From the NCBI GenBank assembly GCA_030141605.1, contig JAQGDQ010000481.1, forward strand, positions 107,565 to 171,564: a stretch of DNA of 64,000 nt, read 5' to 3'. The notes beneath the pieces were generated by a model, which searched no databases, was not told the origin of the DNA, and worked only from the letters and a program-made list of their open reading frames with translations. Positions within the stretch are counted from its first letter, which is position 1; each line of letters begins with the position of its first letter. This DNA is from Tubiluchus corallicola. Its lineage: Eukaryota > Animalia > Priapulida. Below are positions 1 to 25,109 of the stretch, piece after piece. Both the position numbers and the translations under genes were made by a program.

Positions 1-987
1 AGGCTTACACATAAGGGCTATGCAAAATGTGTAATTAAAACCTAAGTAGTAGGTATAGTGCTACTAATACACCACAAGTAAATGTGTATTGCCATTAGCA
101 TATAAACATCCGTAAATCTATAATTAAAATAGGCGAGTAAAAAAATAAATAAATCTCATTTATGCTGAATATTGCAAAAAATTGTAATTAATGCATGGTA
201 ATTTAATGTGAAAGTAATAATATTTTAATGCAGTTAATTACTTTACATAGTCTTCTCTACAAACCAACATGCTTAGAAAGCATAATCTAGTAGTATAATA
301 ATTGTCAGCCCATTTTGTTAGTTTCGTTTAGATTTTGGGTGATGATAATCTTCGTATAAAAAGTCAACTCAGCGTAACGTTTGGCATTTTTGTTTGGGCG
401 TAGTGTACTGGTAGGATTATAGATAAAGATATGATCCGAATTGAACATTATTTTGCAAGTTCTTTATAAAAAAAAACTTAGTAGGCGGCTACAAATTACG
501 CTTTCTATTTTTTCCTTGCGTAGAAAGTTCACCGGTCACCTTAGCGCTTAAACTAGATCTCTAATTTGGATCATAGAATTAGGATTTGTATCAAATAAAA
601 CCAGTTGTTTGCAGTTTACTTGGTGATATGTCTTTGCGAATCTTCTTTTGTTTTTGATGGACGTATAAAAGATGCGGATTCCCTCTTTTTGGGTCCGCAG
701 AGAGCGGATCTGCAACTCTGCGGGTTGTGTACAGTGACTGGGTCCTCATCTCCGTAGTAAGAACCGTCTGAAGTAAATCATTTTTAAAACCGGCATGTAG
801 ATTTAACTCAACCAGAGACTAGGGGAGTTTTTTGTGCTTGTTTCAACTACAGATTAACTAGTTATGGATGTTTTTGGCATGCGCATTGGACAAAAAAATC
901 CGATTAGGCTTTCAGCAAACTTAACATTGAATGCAATATCTCGCGAATGCACATCTCTGGGACGTAAAACCTATTCATTTCTGGTAC

Positions 988-1580
988 ATTGATGTCAGAA
1001 GTGGAATGATCATTGGTGTCAGAAGTAGAATGACCGTTGGTGTCAGAAGTGGAATTACCATTGATGTCAGAAGTGGAGTAAACATTGGTGTCAGAAGTGG
1101 AATGACCGTTGGTGTCAGAAGTGGAATTACCATTGATGTCAGAAGTGGAGTAAACATTGGTGTCAGAAGTGGAATGACCATTGGTGTCAGAAGTGGAGTA
1201 AACATTTGTGTCAGAAGTGGAATGACCATTGGTGTCAGAAGTTAAATGACCATTGGTGTCAGAAGTGGAGTAAACATTTGTGTCAGAAGTGGAGTAAACA
1301 TTTGTGTCAGAAGTGGAATGATCATTGATGTCAGAAGTGGAGTAAACATTTGTGTCAGAAGTGGAATGACCATTGGTGTCAGAAGTTAAATGACCATTGG
1401 TGTCAGAAGTGGAGTAAACATTTGTGTCAGAAGTGGAGTAAACATTTGTGTCAGAAGTGGAATGATCATTGATGTCAGAAGTGGAGTAAACATTTGTGTC
1501 AGAAGTGGAATGACCATTGGTGTCAGAAGTGGAGTAAACGTTTGTGTCAGAAGTGGAATGATCATTGATATCAGAAATGA
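988..1580. repeat. 24-bp minisatellite (about 24 units, TGTCAGAAGTGGA core)
   Basis: Tandem units; the minus strand reads (HSTSDTNV/G)n. Confidence 0.92.
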
Positions 1581-1711
1581 AATGATGAACTCTGGGTCTA
1601 TTCACCTGCTTTCAAATGTGAAATGATTCAAATAATGATAATCAATGTTTGCCACAAATATGCTCTTATGCAAAAAAGCAATCCATCTGAAGAGCATTTT
1701 TTTATTTTTAG

Positions 1712-11320
<9,609 letters not shown>

Positions 11321-11769
11321 ATGTGTTCCCCGAAACTGCGAAGAAACTTTGCGAAATGCTGGTAATAGTGGCTCCTACCATGATACTGTTTCTCGCTCAG
11401 TTTGGTATCAGCTTAAGCAACATTAGACCTGTTCTGTTCCTGGCTGACAGGTTCCTCCGCAACGGCATAATACTCGTCAGTAGTTTTAAGATGGGTTAAA
11501 GTAAAATAGTTTAATAATGTCAGTGATCTTATATAACAATATTTGTCATTGTGGAGAAAACGCTGGCTTCTCTTGGTGGAGAACATTCAGTAGGATCTGC
11601 AGTGAAAAGAAAAGCAAAGAAATGAAGGTGGACAAGTAAAAACAAGACTAACGACAACAATGAGATAGTCATTAGTCATTAGTCCTTTATTCAATCCGTG
11701 TTAAGGTTTAGTATAATCAAGCTTTCTACTGATTAGTGCCTTAACCTGAAATGCGGAAGTATTGGCTTT

Positions 11770-12328
11770 AAAAGAAAACCGGATGATTGTGTAGCCATTA
11801 GTTCAATATGAAGTATGCCATAAAATATTCAAAACTAGAAAAGTTTTTTTTTAAATTGATCTTGGATAGTTGAATTTTGCTAAACTTTCAAAGCTAAACG
11901 TTCAGCGAATCCACTATGACACAGTCGTGTGGTCGTCAAATAGGCGCGGTACCGTGATAAGCATGATCATGAACCGTAGCTTTCGTCTGTGACGTCAGTG
12001 TGACATAAAGCTCACTTTCGTGACATCACATCACATGACATTGCATCATCACGTCTTATAGCAATCCTCGCTTACGTAAGCATACTTGGCGCGCAGAGAA
12101 AATGCCTACCATTGGACAATCTGTGCGTGGTTCGTTTGTGACATAAGCGATAGCTGTGTTCGGTTGCCCTTAATTAACATTCCAAGCTAATTATTTAAAT
12201 ATAAGAACCAAGTGCTTATATAAGTGCTAATTATTTAAATAAAAGAACTTCTATAGGTAACAAAATGTATATTCTGGACTGTAAACAAAAATGAGATTGA
12301 CTCTAATCAATCGTCCGGTTTTCTTTTA
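11770..12328. mobile_element. Kolobok-like MITE (older copy)
   Basis: TIR AAGAAAACCGGATGATTG / CAATCGTCCGGTTTTCTT; homologous to 13030-13570 and 27357-27909. Confidence 0.65.
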
Positions 12329-13029
12329 TATTTTGTTTCTGTTTACACGTGTAAACTGTACACACTTCTTTGCAGCTAGTTCGTTCACACTGAATTCTGT
12401 AAATACTGCTCTTACTTTATAATACATTTATGCTAAGTTCTTCTGAGATATTTTTGTAGAAATTGTAAGTTGCAAGAGTTAGTTTAGTGCTGGATACTAA
12501 AAAGTATCGGTTGATTTCAATTTAAATCACTTTTAGCTGTAGGCATATTCTTCTACACTGTTTTGCCCTGCAAACCAGGAGACAACACTCAATGGCAGTG
12601 TCTAGTTAAAACAGATGGTTGTGGCAGGACAGGTGCCTAAACTAATTATAAAGAGTGAATCATAGGCCAGTAACAATGTCCTAGTCTCGTTTAGTGATGG
12701 TCGCTGTGGCAGAAACTACTCGGTAGGGTTTTTTCTAATAATCGCCCATCCATTCACTGGCTTGTCCGGAATGCTTAACTTCAGTGGTCAAGCACACTCG
12801 TTGGCTGTTTTATTATTGTATGAGAAAGTTAATAAAATGTTTATTTACTAAAAACAACCGTTTTTTTTATTTTAAGGTTTTTTTATTCTATGCTCATGCT
12901 CCATAAAATATAGGCTTACACGAATGTAACACACGCACGCACACGCACGCACGCACACACACACACACACACACGCACACACAACCATTAAATGTGACTG
13001 GCTAAACAGTTGCTGTACTGTCCAGTGAA

Positions 13030-13570
13030 AGGAAAACCGGATGATTGTGTAAACATGAGTTCAGAATCAAGAATGCTCTAAAATATTGAAAACTACAATA
13101 GCTTATTTTAAATCAAAGCTCAGATTAAATAATAATTACCTGGGATACTCAAATTTTGTTAAACTTTCAAAGCTACACGCGGTTTAGTGAATCTACTAAG
13201 ATTGGCAGCTGCGCATTTTTGTCACGTGCACGTCACCGACAAATAGAAGGCGGTACCGTGATAAGCATGATCATGAACTGCAGTGTTAGCTTCTGACGTC
13301 ACATGACGTAGAGCCAATTTTTCGTGACATGTGTTTAAGCAGTAACACTTATCCAAATGTGCTTGACGCACAAGGGAAGATGCCCGCCATTGCACAAACT
13401 GTGGTTAGTTTCTGTCGTAAGCAATAGCTGTGTTCGGTTGCCGTTAATTAATAAGCTAAGCTAATTATTCAAATATAAGGAACAATTGCTAACTTTTATA
13501 GGCAAGAAAATGTATATTTTGGACAATAAATTAAAATAAGATTGAGTTTAAACAATCGTCCGGTCTTCCT
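13030..13570. mobile_element. Kolobok-like MITE
   Basis: TIR AGGAAAACCGGATGATTG / CAATCGTCCGGTCTTCCT followed by TTAA. Confidence 0.7.
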
Positions 13571-13699
13571 TTAACGCAACTTCTACCTTTAGCAGAATAT
13601 AAAAGCTTAACAAGTTGACGTAACGAAAAACACTTGAAACAGCCACTGCAATTCATCTTCAGATGAAAAGAACACAAAAAATAATCACAGCCTAATGTT

Positions 13700-14193
13700 C
13701 AGGGATGAGAATGACAAATTGCAAAAAACTCTGAAACAGGCCGGGGGTTTTGGGGCGACCTAGGCCCCCAATGGGGTTGAAATTGCGATTTTGTGACCAC
13801 AGACAGGCTCTAAGTGGACTTAAAATATCAATTACCTTGTTTCATGCATAATTTAAAATACCCAACTATCAAGGATACATGATACCTAATTGTCTCAAAA
13901 ACGCCTAAGTACTGGCCGCTCCTATGCAAAAGTATATAAAAACTGTCTTCAAATGACTCAAATAACTCCGCACAATTGATTCTATATTTTTATGCATAGA
14001 GATATACACGTGGTTACACTGATGTACGTGATGTAAACAAAGTGACGCCCTGCCAACTAGCGGTCAGCTTGTGAAACAAGGTACTGGGTCCCTAAAAATT
14101 TTCTCAACGAATTTACACGATTTACAAAAATGGCATTACTGGTCTTCCAAAAACTCGGAATTTCGCGTATCCGAGGGAAAATTTTCATCCCTG
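13700..14193. mobile_element. hAT-like MITE (CAGGGATGA termini)
   Basis: TIR CAGGGATGAGAAT / ATTTTCATCCCTG; copies at 39330-39847 and 63034-63551. Confidence 0.72.
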
Positions 14194-15563
14194 AAATTTT
14201 TGAGGGGCGCCAGATTTTAGTGGTCCAGTGTTAAAAAATTCTCCCCGTAAAATATAGCAAACAAGTATTGTAGTAGAATTATTTTTTAAAATGTACCAGC
14301 CAAGGGAGACAGCCAAGAGAAAATAGGTTATGTCCATGTGGGGACATTCAAACTGAGAAACACGTTATACAGACACGCCCCCTAACATCAAATATTAGAA
14401 ACCGCTACGACAATGTAAACTTTGCTGATTTAACTCACTTCTTTGAGCACACTAATTGTTATATAATATCTTATGAAATTTTGAAACTTTTATGCTGATG
14501 TACCTTGTATGCATAACACTGTTTTTAATGCTATTACCTTGAGTAGGAAATGTACGTAAAGTGACAATCTGGACTAAAATCACTCGATTGTGGCATTTAC
14601 CTCGTTCCTCGTGTATACATGTAACTTGTTTTAGTCAATAAACTACATACATACATACAACACCACAAACTGTTATGCAGATTTCTTCTAAGCGCTATGC
14701 AAATATTAGGTGGATAAAGATAGCTTCTGGTAAGGTGGTACCTAGAATAACTATTGCAATAGGATTTTTCTCCTGAGAGTCTGTTAAAACATGCTCTCAG
14801 ATATCACAGCAAAAAATCGGCTTCGTACTTTTGAGATATACGCATAAATCCAAGATGGCGACTAACGGGCAAAAAATCAGATATATCTGCTAAACCATCG
14901 AGCTTAGATGAAAAACATGTATTACTTTTGTGAATCATTCTACGTCCGTACAGAATAATACATAAAAATAATACATATTTTAGGAGATATAACAATTTTT
15001 TTGCCTGTTAGGCGCCATCTTGGATTTATATCCGGGTTCGACCACGATGTTAGACGACGTTTTAACAGAATCTGAAGTAAAATTCTATTGCCATTTGTTT
15101 TAGGTCACTTTTTATCTTTATCCCCCTATATGTAATTAACAACAACCAGATTTGTAATTGTGCTACTAATACACCACAAATAGTTGTGACTGGATTTATA
15201 GATGCCATAAATCAAAAGTGAAATGAGCTGGAATGGACTATCATCTTGGACATCATCATGTCTTGATACGCCCTTGTCAGTAAAAGTGTTTGTAATACTT
15301 CCTTTTTGTTTGGTATCTTATGTTTTTATTAAAAAACTTAAAAAAACTTAAAAAGTAGTATTAGGAATTACATGTGATTTTGCCCTTTTTCTTATGAAGA
15401 TAAACTGCAGCGATAGTTTGGAACGTTGTCTTTTTTCTCCTTTATTTCCTTCTTGTTAATTGTGGAAATTTTTTTATTCATTAACCGTCATTAAGAATTC
15501 ATTTGCTTTAAGCTGAAATGAACATTTTCTCTGGTACAAGATTTTCAAACTAAGAGACTTTCT

Positions 15564-16092
15564 TAAGGGAAGACAGGATGATTTTTCATACACTGCTCCA
15601 TTTTCAAGTACAATTTAACACCAATAATACTACAAAAGCATTTCTGATAATTGAATAATAGATTAAAAACTTAGTTAACGGCGGGCGAGGCCAACTAGTG
15701 ACGATATCACAAACGAACAATTTTCAACAGCAAAAGCATTTCATGAACGTGTTGTACGTGTTTGTGAAAGCCAAAATTGAAGTACAGTGCTACTGTAAGT
15801 GATTCAGTGTGTTGTACTAAAACTAGGCAAGTTTTAAGATAAAAAATCAAATTTCAAATTTACCCCACTGAGTTCACGCATGAGCTATTGAACGTGTGTA
15901 TTACGTCACAAACGAACAGCTCTGAATTCAGAAGTACAGCACCTGCTTCTTGTGTAATGCTTTCCGGAATGCAGGCGCTAGTGCCCGTCTAACTAGCAAA
16001 TGGCGAAATGCATGTAACAGCAAAGAACTAGTGATGCGAACGCGAAAATTCATATGTGTGGCAATAATTCTTTCACGCAGGGCATTCTTTAA
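15564..16092. mobile_element. Degenerate dispersed repeat, possibly a second Kolobok-like family
   Basis: Starts ttaaGGGGAAGACAGGATG; segments recur at about 46000-46170, 49319-49520 and (inverted) 38560-38650. Confidence 0.5.
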
Positions 16093-16763
16093 AAGGTAGC
16101 AGTCAAAAGGTTGATTTGACTTACAGGTTGGGTCCGGTTTTGCTTAAAACGATTCCGTAAGACAACTGCACAATTTCAATCCACAAGCATACAGCAAAAG
16201 AATCGTGCTGTGACATGAACAAACTGTGCAAATTAAACATTATATAATTGGGAAGCCAAGTGCAAATTAAACATTATATAATTGGGAAGCGGTTTCCAAA
16301 TGCCAATTGACCATTCACAAGCAGAATTCCTGTCGTGTTTTGTTTCTCTCGGAAGGCTCGTAGAGAAAACCAGAAAACACTTCGTCAAATTAAACTAGTT
16401 TATTAAGCGAGAATTCTACAACACAAAAGTATGAAGGAACGCGAAATGATTACAGTAAACGTGATAATCTGGAAAACGTTTGAGTGTATCTGAAAATGCA
16501 GGTAACAAGATAATGTGTAAGTGACGTCCGTGCGAATCTGTGTGCCCGTTTCAGCGGCCTGCTTCGCCTTATATAGCGTGCCCGAGAAGCTTCCAGAAGT
16601 TTTGTTCCAGAACATTCTACACGGTAAGACGATCATTCTAACTGAACATTCTACAATGTTCTACGTAATTCTAATAGATGCCAGCAAATCTCCACAACAA
16701 TTACCCAGAATGTCAGTACAAGATATCGACCGAGGAAGACTTTATTCAAAAATTTTAACTTAA

Positions 16764-17375
16764 CCCTTATACTTTTATAGGGTCACCGGGGGTAAAAAAT
16801 TAACCCCAGTCCGGTTATTTGCATTTTACCCTTTCACCATACGCATCCCAGTAAACCTTTTCTATGACCTTTTCTAAGTATGTTTTGTGCACAAATTACT
16901 TTCAGTTATTTATTTTAGGCACATTGTCTCACCACGAAATAAAAGTGAAAATGCAATATGTCGATTTTTTAAAATTGTCGAAACTTTTCTTCGCTTGTCT
17001 ATACCTTATACGGGCGATGTATCTGATAAAACAAAATGTCAGTTACTCAAATTACTTCACCTAAAAGAAGAAAGTAGTAGACAATAAATTCAAAATAACA
17101 ATGATTTTTGCACACGCGCTAGCAATGTCGGTTGTCTACAGTTATTCCAGCATAGATAAGGGAACGTAACTAAGTGAATTTAAATTTCCTATTACTAGTA
17201 AGTCACATGTGTTTAAGCAGAGGTATAATGTATCCTATGGTGGTCAGCATAACCACAGATGATGCTGTTGCTGTTTACTAATGAAACACGGCGGTTTATC
17301 AAAAGTAATTTACGAATTATGGTGGGGGTAATTTTTAAATAAAAAATTAATAAAAAAACAGTGACCCTATAAGGG
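16764..17375. mobile_element. piggyBac-like MITE, family B
   Basis: TTAA|CCCTTAT(+8 bp)AGGGTCAC ... GTGACCCTATAAGGG|TTAA. Confidence 0.72.
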
Positions 17376-18122
17376 TTAATGTCAGAATTCTGAATATCTA
17401 ACTCCGGTTTGTGAAATTTAATCTGTGCAGAGATTATTCTATATTTTTAAGGGTGATAAGGAAATAAGGAAAGACAATTTTCAGTATATCCCAGGAAACT
17501 TTTTATGCGCAGTTATATTACATAGCATTATGCTTACCTGCTTGAACGATTTATGTAACTAGAAAATAAATCAACGCACCAACTGGTAAAACGTCACTGG
17601 CTCACCTACCCAGTGTGCATCACTGATTCACCAAAAACGTATTTTTAATTTATTTACAAAGAAAGTAATTTAAACTTGTTCTTAGTTAATGAAAAGTGTG
17701 CTACGAATGCTCTAACTATTTTCTTAAACTTCACACGATATTATCTAAACTTGTCTCAAACGACTTACCGTCAAAATGGCTGCGCTTAATGGTCATCGCT
17801 TGAGTTTAAATTTACAAGTTTTATAATTATCGTGTTGCTACTAACGCAAGCTCTGTGTTCAATAAGACAGCATGTAAGTGATAATTATAGAATTTCAAGT
17901 CGAATTTTAATGTTTATGTAAGTATAAAGATTTTCTTGTGGTTTAAATGCAAGTTGGTGTTTTAGCCGGTTTTGTAAAATATGCTAAAATTTTAAGAACC
18001 GTTTGGTGTCCAATTTGGTCACGTGGTCTAATGGCTGAAATGGGGCGAATGAGAGTTTTGCCACTTAGAATTGCCACTCTCATGTGTTTGTATGCATTGT
18101 ACACAGCCTCAAAAGCTAAAAC

Positions 18123-18272
18123 TCATCATCATGCGCCCGTCACGTCTATTGTAGACATTGGGCAAGCAGAATTCTAAAATAAAAGAAATCTGCCTTCAGA
18201 CAGGTAAACGCAGCAGTAATCCAGCAAAAGAACTAGACACTGCTACGCCAGTGGCTTGTCAGCACCACTTCC
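18123..18272 (-). mobile_element. Second copy of the (CAT)n-tailed element at 8024-8285
   Basis: Near-identical body with a short CAT run. Confidence 0.7.
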
Positions 18273-18585
18273 GTTAAATAAATGTGTGTTTGTAAACTTG
18301 CGATGAACACCTACGAAAAGGGGGGTGTGGGGGGTGTAGATTAAGTCGAAACTTGAATTTGAAGAAAAAATGCTTAGATCATTCGAAGAAAGGTCTGTCG
18401 AGTCAGTTTAGTAATCAAACTGTAAACAAGCGGTTTGTTAAAAGTATTCTATTATTATACAATACGACTATCACGTTTTCTGATTTGTCCGGAAGTCACG
18501 CTTTGGTCTTATTTAAGCGAAATCGTAAAAAAGAAATAGATAAAAACGTACACTGTTCTGGACAAATGCGTCTGGGCATACACGC

Positions 18586-18923
<338 letters not shown>

Positions 18924-19835
18924 GGGAAGTGTCATTTGGAGGATTCCATAACTACAACAACCACGACGAAGCAGATAAAGCAGATAAGTGTGGATTTCGC
19001 ATTCAGTAATTAAATTGTCATGTCATGACCTACTTATTACTTACTAAATACAAAACACACAAGTTTCACTTTACAACACGAACAAGCGTAACTTGCAGCC
19101 TAACACGAACACGAACATCTAAGCGCATAGTAAACACCTAAACGTGAATACACCCCAGTCACTCACGCTGTATTATGTACAGTCTCTTTCTCATTGTTTT
19201 TAGGGTTACTATTATTCTAAACAGGGGTGGCGGGCTCTAATGATGGTCGTGCAATCGCATGAACATTTGGTAATTATTTTAGGGTGACATGAGTAATTTT
19301 AATAGAATTGTACCTGTTGTAGCATAGTGTGCTTTCTCAGCTTATGAAACTGCATTGAAAGAATAAAGTTTGTTAATTTGTTTGAATTTGACAGACACAC
19401 TGTTGCCTGGAACCCCTCCGAGGGTTACTAATGAAAAAAAAAACCGAGGAGTTTGATTAGTTGATATTATTAACATTTTTAGTCTGGTATTTGAAGTGAA
19501 GCTACATTCATCTTATCGCTTATCCTATCACAGTTTTGATCGAATTATACATTACACAGACTTTGACGAGTGCTTTCAAAAGTAAGTGTAAAAATTGTTG
19601 CAATACTCAATGCGTTTATGTTTATGCTCTTGCACTAGACAGATTTCTTGCGTTGAGATGGCAAATTGGCAATGTTTTATAGATATGGTAATGTAAATTA
19701 TTGTGCCATGTTGAAACAGTGAGGTAATGATGAACACTAATGGATTTCATAAGTACGTGAGTATCCCAGCCTTACATTATATCAAAGCTCAGACACCTTT
19801 TGAACTGAATTTTATTTGCACTTTAATAATAATTA

Positions 19836-19836
19836 C

Positions 19837-19893
<57 letters not shown>

Positions 19894-19938
19894 CATAATC
19901 ATAATCATAATCATAATAATAATATTAATAATAATAAA
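19836..19938. repeat. (AAT)n microsatellite
   Basis: Direct reading. Confidence 0.95.
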
Positions 19939-20081
19939 TCTTTATTTGAAAAAGTTATTTGCAATTCCTCCATTTACAGCGAAGATTTTAACAAGAAACA
20001 CATTATAACATTGTTTATTTCGTTAAGCTTTTAAATGGTTGAAGGCCTAAGGTTATGAAAACCTAAGGTTAAGGTTAGGGT

Positions 20082-20500
20082 AAGACAAGATAAGATGAGA
20101 TGAGATGAGATGAGATGAGATGAGATAAAGTGAGATAAGATAAGTTAAAGTGAGATGAGATCAGATGAGTGAGATGAGATGAGACCAGACCAGACCAGAC
20201 CAGACCAGACCAGACCAAACCAGACCAGACCAGACCAGACCAGACCAGACCAGACCAGACCAGACCAGACCAGACCAGACCAGACAAGACAAGACAAGAC
20301 AAGACAAGACAAGACAAGACAAGACAAGACAAGACAAGACAAGACAAGACAAGACAAGACAAGACAAGACAAGACAAGATAAGATAAGATAAAATAAAAT
20401 AAAGTGAGATGAGTTGAGATGAGCTCAGACGAGACGAGACGAGACGAGATGAGATAAGATAAGGTGTGATGAGACGAGACGAGACGAGATAAGATAAGAT
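20082..20500. repeat. Compound pentanucleotide array (GATGA, GACCA, GACAA, GATAA, GACGA)
   Basis: Direct reading. Confidence 0.93.
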
Positions 20501-20855
20501 AATATTTATTTTCATCAGTATGATATGAAACACTACATATTTGTAGAAACATGAGCATAAAGCTCGTAAACCGATATCAAAGATGTATGGAAATTCGTAC
20601 AATTTTCGTTAGTTTTACCAGACTTGAAATTTTACCTGTTACAATAAATCATTTATCAAAAGAAAGAAGCCAGAATATTTATTCAGACTAACATTTGCCG
20701 ATAATATCAATCAACAGTTTTTAATAGTTTTTTCATGATTATTTCCTTCGCGATGTTCGTGATAATTTTACATTTATGAATATTCCTTTCACTCCCTCTC
20801 TCCCAAGTTCAAAGATGAAATTCGGCTACGCGGTGACATCCTGTTATCAATCTAC

Positions 20856-22123
<1,268 letters not shown>

Positions 22124-22308
22124 TAACTTGCTTTATGTTTTTAACTCATGTCTCTACTTATACATGTATAAAGGTATCGGTCTTGTCTTTGTGTACAGGC
22201 ATCTATAAATCTATATACAGAGAGAGATTTTAAGACTGCCTAGTATTTCTAATTTTCTAATCTGGCAACCTTAACAGCAACTATTCAGCTATTGTTGTTT
22301 GATTTTAG

Positions 22309-22360
22309 ATGAAGCTGATGTGTGTCTTCCTGATTGCTTTGTCAAGACAAGCGTTATCAG
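22309..22360 (+). CDS. Astacin exon 1, signal peptide MKLMCVFLIALSRQALS
   Basis: ATG directly after a ttttag acceptor; donor gtgaga, phase 1; K followed by a hydrophobic core and an A-L-S cleavage site. Confidence 0.7.
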
Positions 22361-22499
22361 GTGAGATTAAAGCACCAGAACACTTAGGTAAATTGATCAT
22401 CACGCGCTAGATGGCAGCACCAACTCAAGCAATTTAAGTAACTGTATGCGAGTCAGTTCTTATGGAAATTCAGTCCCAGAACGGTTTAAAGTTGAACAT

Positions 22500-23068
22500 G
22501 AACTTACTACCCAGTGAAATAAAACAAATAGAATCTCTCCACCACTTTAAAAAGAAATTAAAAGAATATCAATATAACAGGTTTCAACTTCCACATTGTG
22601 CATCTGATATTAATTACACAGACTCAACTTTCATCTACCCCCGCCCATGACTCCATATAACGATTAAAAGTGAATTTTTTTTAAAAGAATTATGTAATGT
22701 AATACGTGTTATGTTAGTATTGTAATGTCAAATGTATAAATAGTGTAAATGTAATGAGTGAAATTTATGTAATGGAAAGCATGTTTCTGTTAATTGTGTC
22801 ATGTCAAATGTATATATAGTGTAAAATATGTCATGTAAAATTTAATGTACTTTTGTAATATTGTTCTGTAAAAATATTTTAATATGGTGTTTGTAAATAT
22901 GTTCATTTATTGTATATAGTTTTGCACTTTAGTTTTTTTTAGTCTGCACTCGACACATTTGTCTTGAACAGTGTTGTTATCTTAACATTACGCTGAGGCT
23001 TACTCAATTTTATCATAATGAGTGAACCATTTTAATGACAAATAAAGAATTAATATATATATATATAC
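22500..23068 (+). mobile_element. LINE (CR1/L2-group-like) 3' end: ORF2 C-terminus plus 3' UTR
   Basis: LLPSEIKQIESLHHFKKKLK...FIYPRP*, then AATAAA and an (AT)n tail; inverted copies at 29225-29860 and 38670-39070. Confidence 0.75.
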
Positions 23069-23499
23069 ATATAAAGGACAAAAAAGTGACAAAAAGTTAC
23101 ATTAATTTATGCATATGTTGTACTCGCGCCCTTTGAGCATCCTTTGAATATTTTTCTTCAGCTTAAGTCCCTATGGCTGATGAATGGTTCAGTAATATGA
23201 CGCAGTTCATTAAAAGTATTTGAACTCGTCCACTAATAACTGAAGAATTTACTCAGATTGTCGAGAACAAAAGAATTGTTTTTCACTGATTCATTAGAGA
23301 GAATATTTTTATCTAAAGTTTGTTCTCAAAAGGTTTATTAGTGTTTGATGTCCATAGCCGTGTCACCTGTATATATATAAAACATCATGATGTACTTATT
23401 TACATTATCACTTCATAACATACAATTTGTAAATAAAAATATATAAGTGGTAGTAGACGTCACAACATATTACAATTCAATGTTTAATCATGGGAATTT

Positions 23500-24201
23500 C
23501 TCTTTAACTACAGTTAGTATATATTAAGTTTAGAGATAGCTTTGCCTCTAAACGTGATGAAACTTTACTTCCCTTTAACTACAGTTAGTATATATTAAGT
23601 TTAGAGATAGCTTTGCCTCTAAACGTGGGAAAACTTTACTTCTCTTTAACTACAGTTAGTACATATTAAGTTTAGAGATAGCTTTGCCTCTAAACGTGGG
23701 AAAACTTTACTTCCCTTTAACTACAGTTAGTACATATTAAGTTTAGAGATAGCTTTGCCTCTAAACGTGGGGAAAACTTTACTTCCCTTTAACTACAGTT
23801 AGTATATATTAAGTTTAGAGATAGCTTTGCCTCTAAACGTGGGGAAACTTTACTTCCCTTTAACTACAGTTAGTACACATTAAGTTTAGAGATAGCTTTG
23901 CCTCTAAACGTGGGAAAACTTTACTTCCCTTTAACTACAGTTAGTACATATTAAGTTTAGAGACAGCTTTGCCTCTAAACGTGGGGAAAACTTTACTTCC
24001 CTTTAACTACAGTTTGTACATATTAAGTTTAGAGATAGCTTTGCCTCTAAACGTGGGGAAAACTTTACTTCTCTTTAACTACAGTTAGTACATATTAAGT
24101 TTAGAGATAGCTTTGCCTCTAAACGTGGGGAAGACTTTACTTCTCTTTAACTACAGTTAGTACATATTAAGTTTAGAGATAGCTCTGCCTCGAAACGTGG
24201 G
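23500..24201. repeat. Minisatellite with unit of about 70 bp, about 10 copies
   Basis: Unit ctttaactacagttagtacatattaagtttagagatagctttgcctctaaacgtggg(g)aaaactttacttc. Confidence 0.93.
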
Positions 24202-25023
24202 GTAAAACCTGCTCCGTCAACTATCACGGCTGCAGGTCTTTCCCATCGAGTTATTTCCAGCCTTGGACATTATACCAGACCTATGCAACAAGACAGATGA
24301 ATTCGTTAACCTTTCATTAGTTATTGTCTAGTCAATCTATGAGCCACTTAAAATAGCTCATAGATAAAGAAAATGTTTTAATAAACTGTTGTCATTCAGC
24401 TAACAAGTTGTTCTAATACTATACCATACAGCTATATGGGATAGACTAAGCCGCAATTCAAAATGTAGTCACTCCCTTTCAACTTTTAACAAAACCGTCA
24501 GAAAAGAAATATTTCAAAAGTATTGAGAGTAACACAGTTTGATAATGGTAATCACCTGCATTCTTTTTCCACGGTAATCTTAATAAAACGTGACTATGCT
24601 CAACAGGTTACTGAACACTTTATAATCATGATCACAGTTTTTCTTAGTTCTCGCTCCATTTCATCTTTCATTCACTACTCCCCCCCCCCCCCCACTTTTA
24701 TGTATATATTATTATTATTTCAATTATTAATCACTTCTTTAAGATTTCCACGTACAGTTTGGCCTTTCAAACTATGCTTTTAGGCTCAAACTGTATGCAT
24801 CAAAATTATTCTGTAATGTAATTTGCACATGTATATGCTGCATAAGAATCTCTTTTGTAATTTCTGGATAATATTACATTTATATTTATATTTACTTCAG
24901 TGAAATTATCTATATTTTATCATAACTGTTAGATGCAGAGTGGAAATAAATAAACTTAGAAACTTATATTCTATTATTCTAATACATGTAACACATGTAT
25001 CAGCAATAATACATTTATTTTAG

Positions 25024-25070
25024 GGAAATTTGAAGGTGACATTGTTGTGCCGCGTCCTGCAAGTAAGCTG
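25024..25070 (+). CDS. Astacin exon 2, propeptide GKFEGDIVVPRPASKL
   Basis: FEGDI aspartate-switch motif; ttttag acceptor and gtaagt donor. Confidence 0.88.
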
Positions 25071-25109
25071 GTAAGTTTACATTGCTTTCAAGCTGTGCTA
25101 GACACCATA

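Noticed and set aside
23500-24201. Regular arrays (70-, 72-, 92-, 107- and 147-bp units) as CRISPR-like loci
   Set aside because: Units are head-to-tail with no unique spacers, there are no cas-like ORFs, and the context is spliced animal genes.
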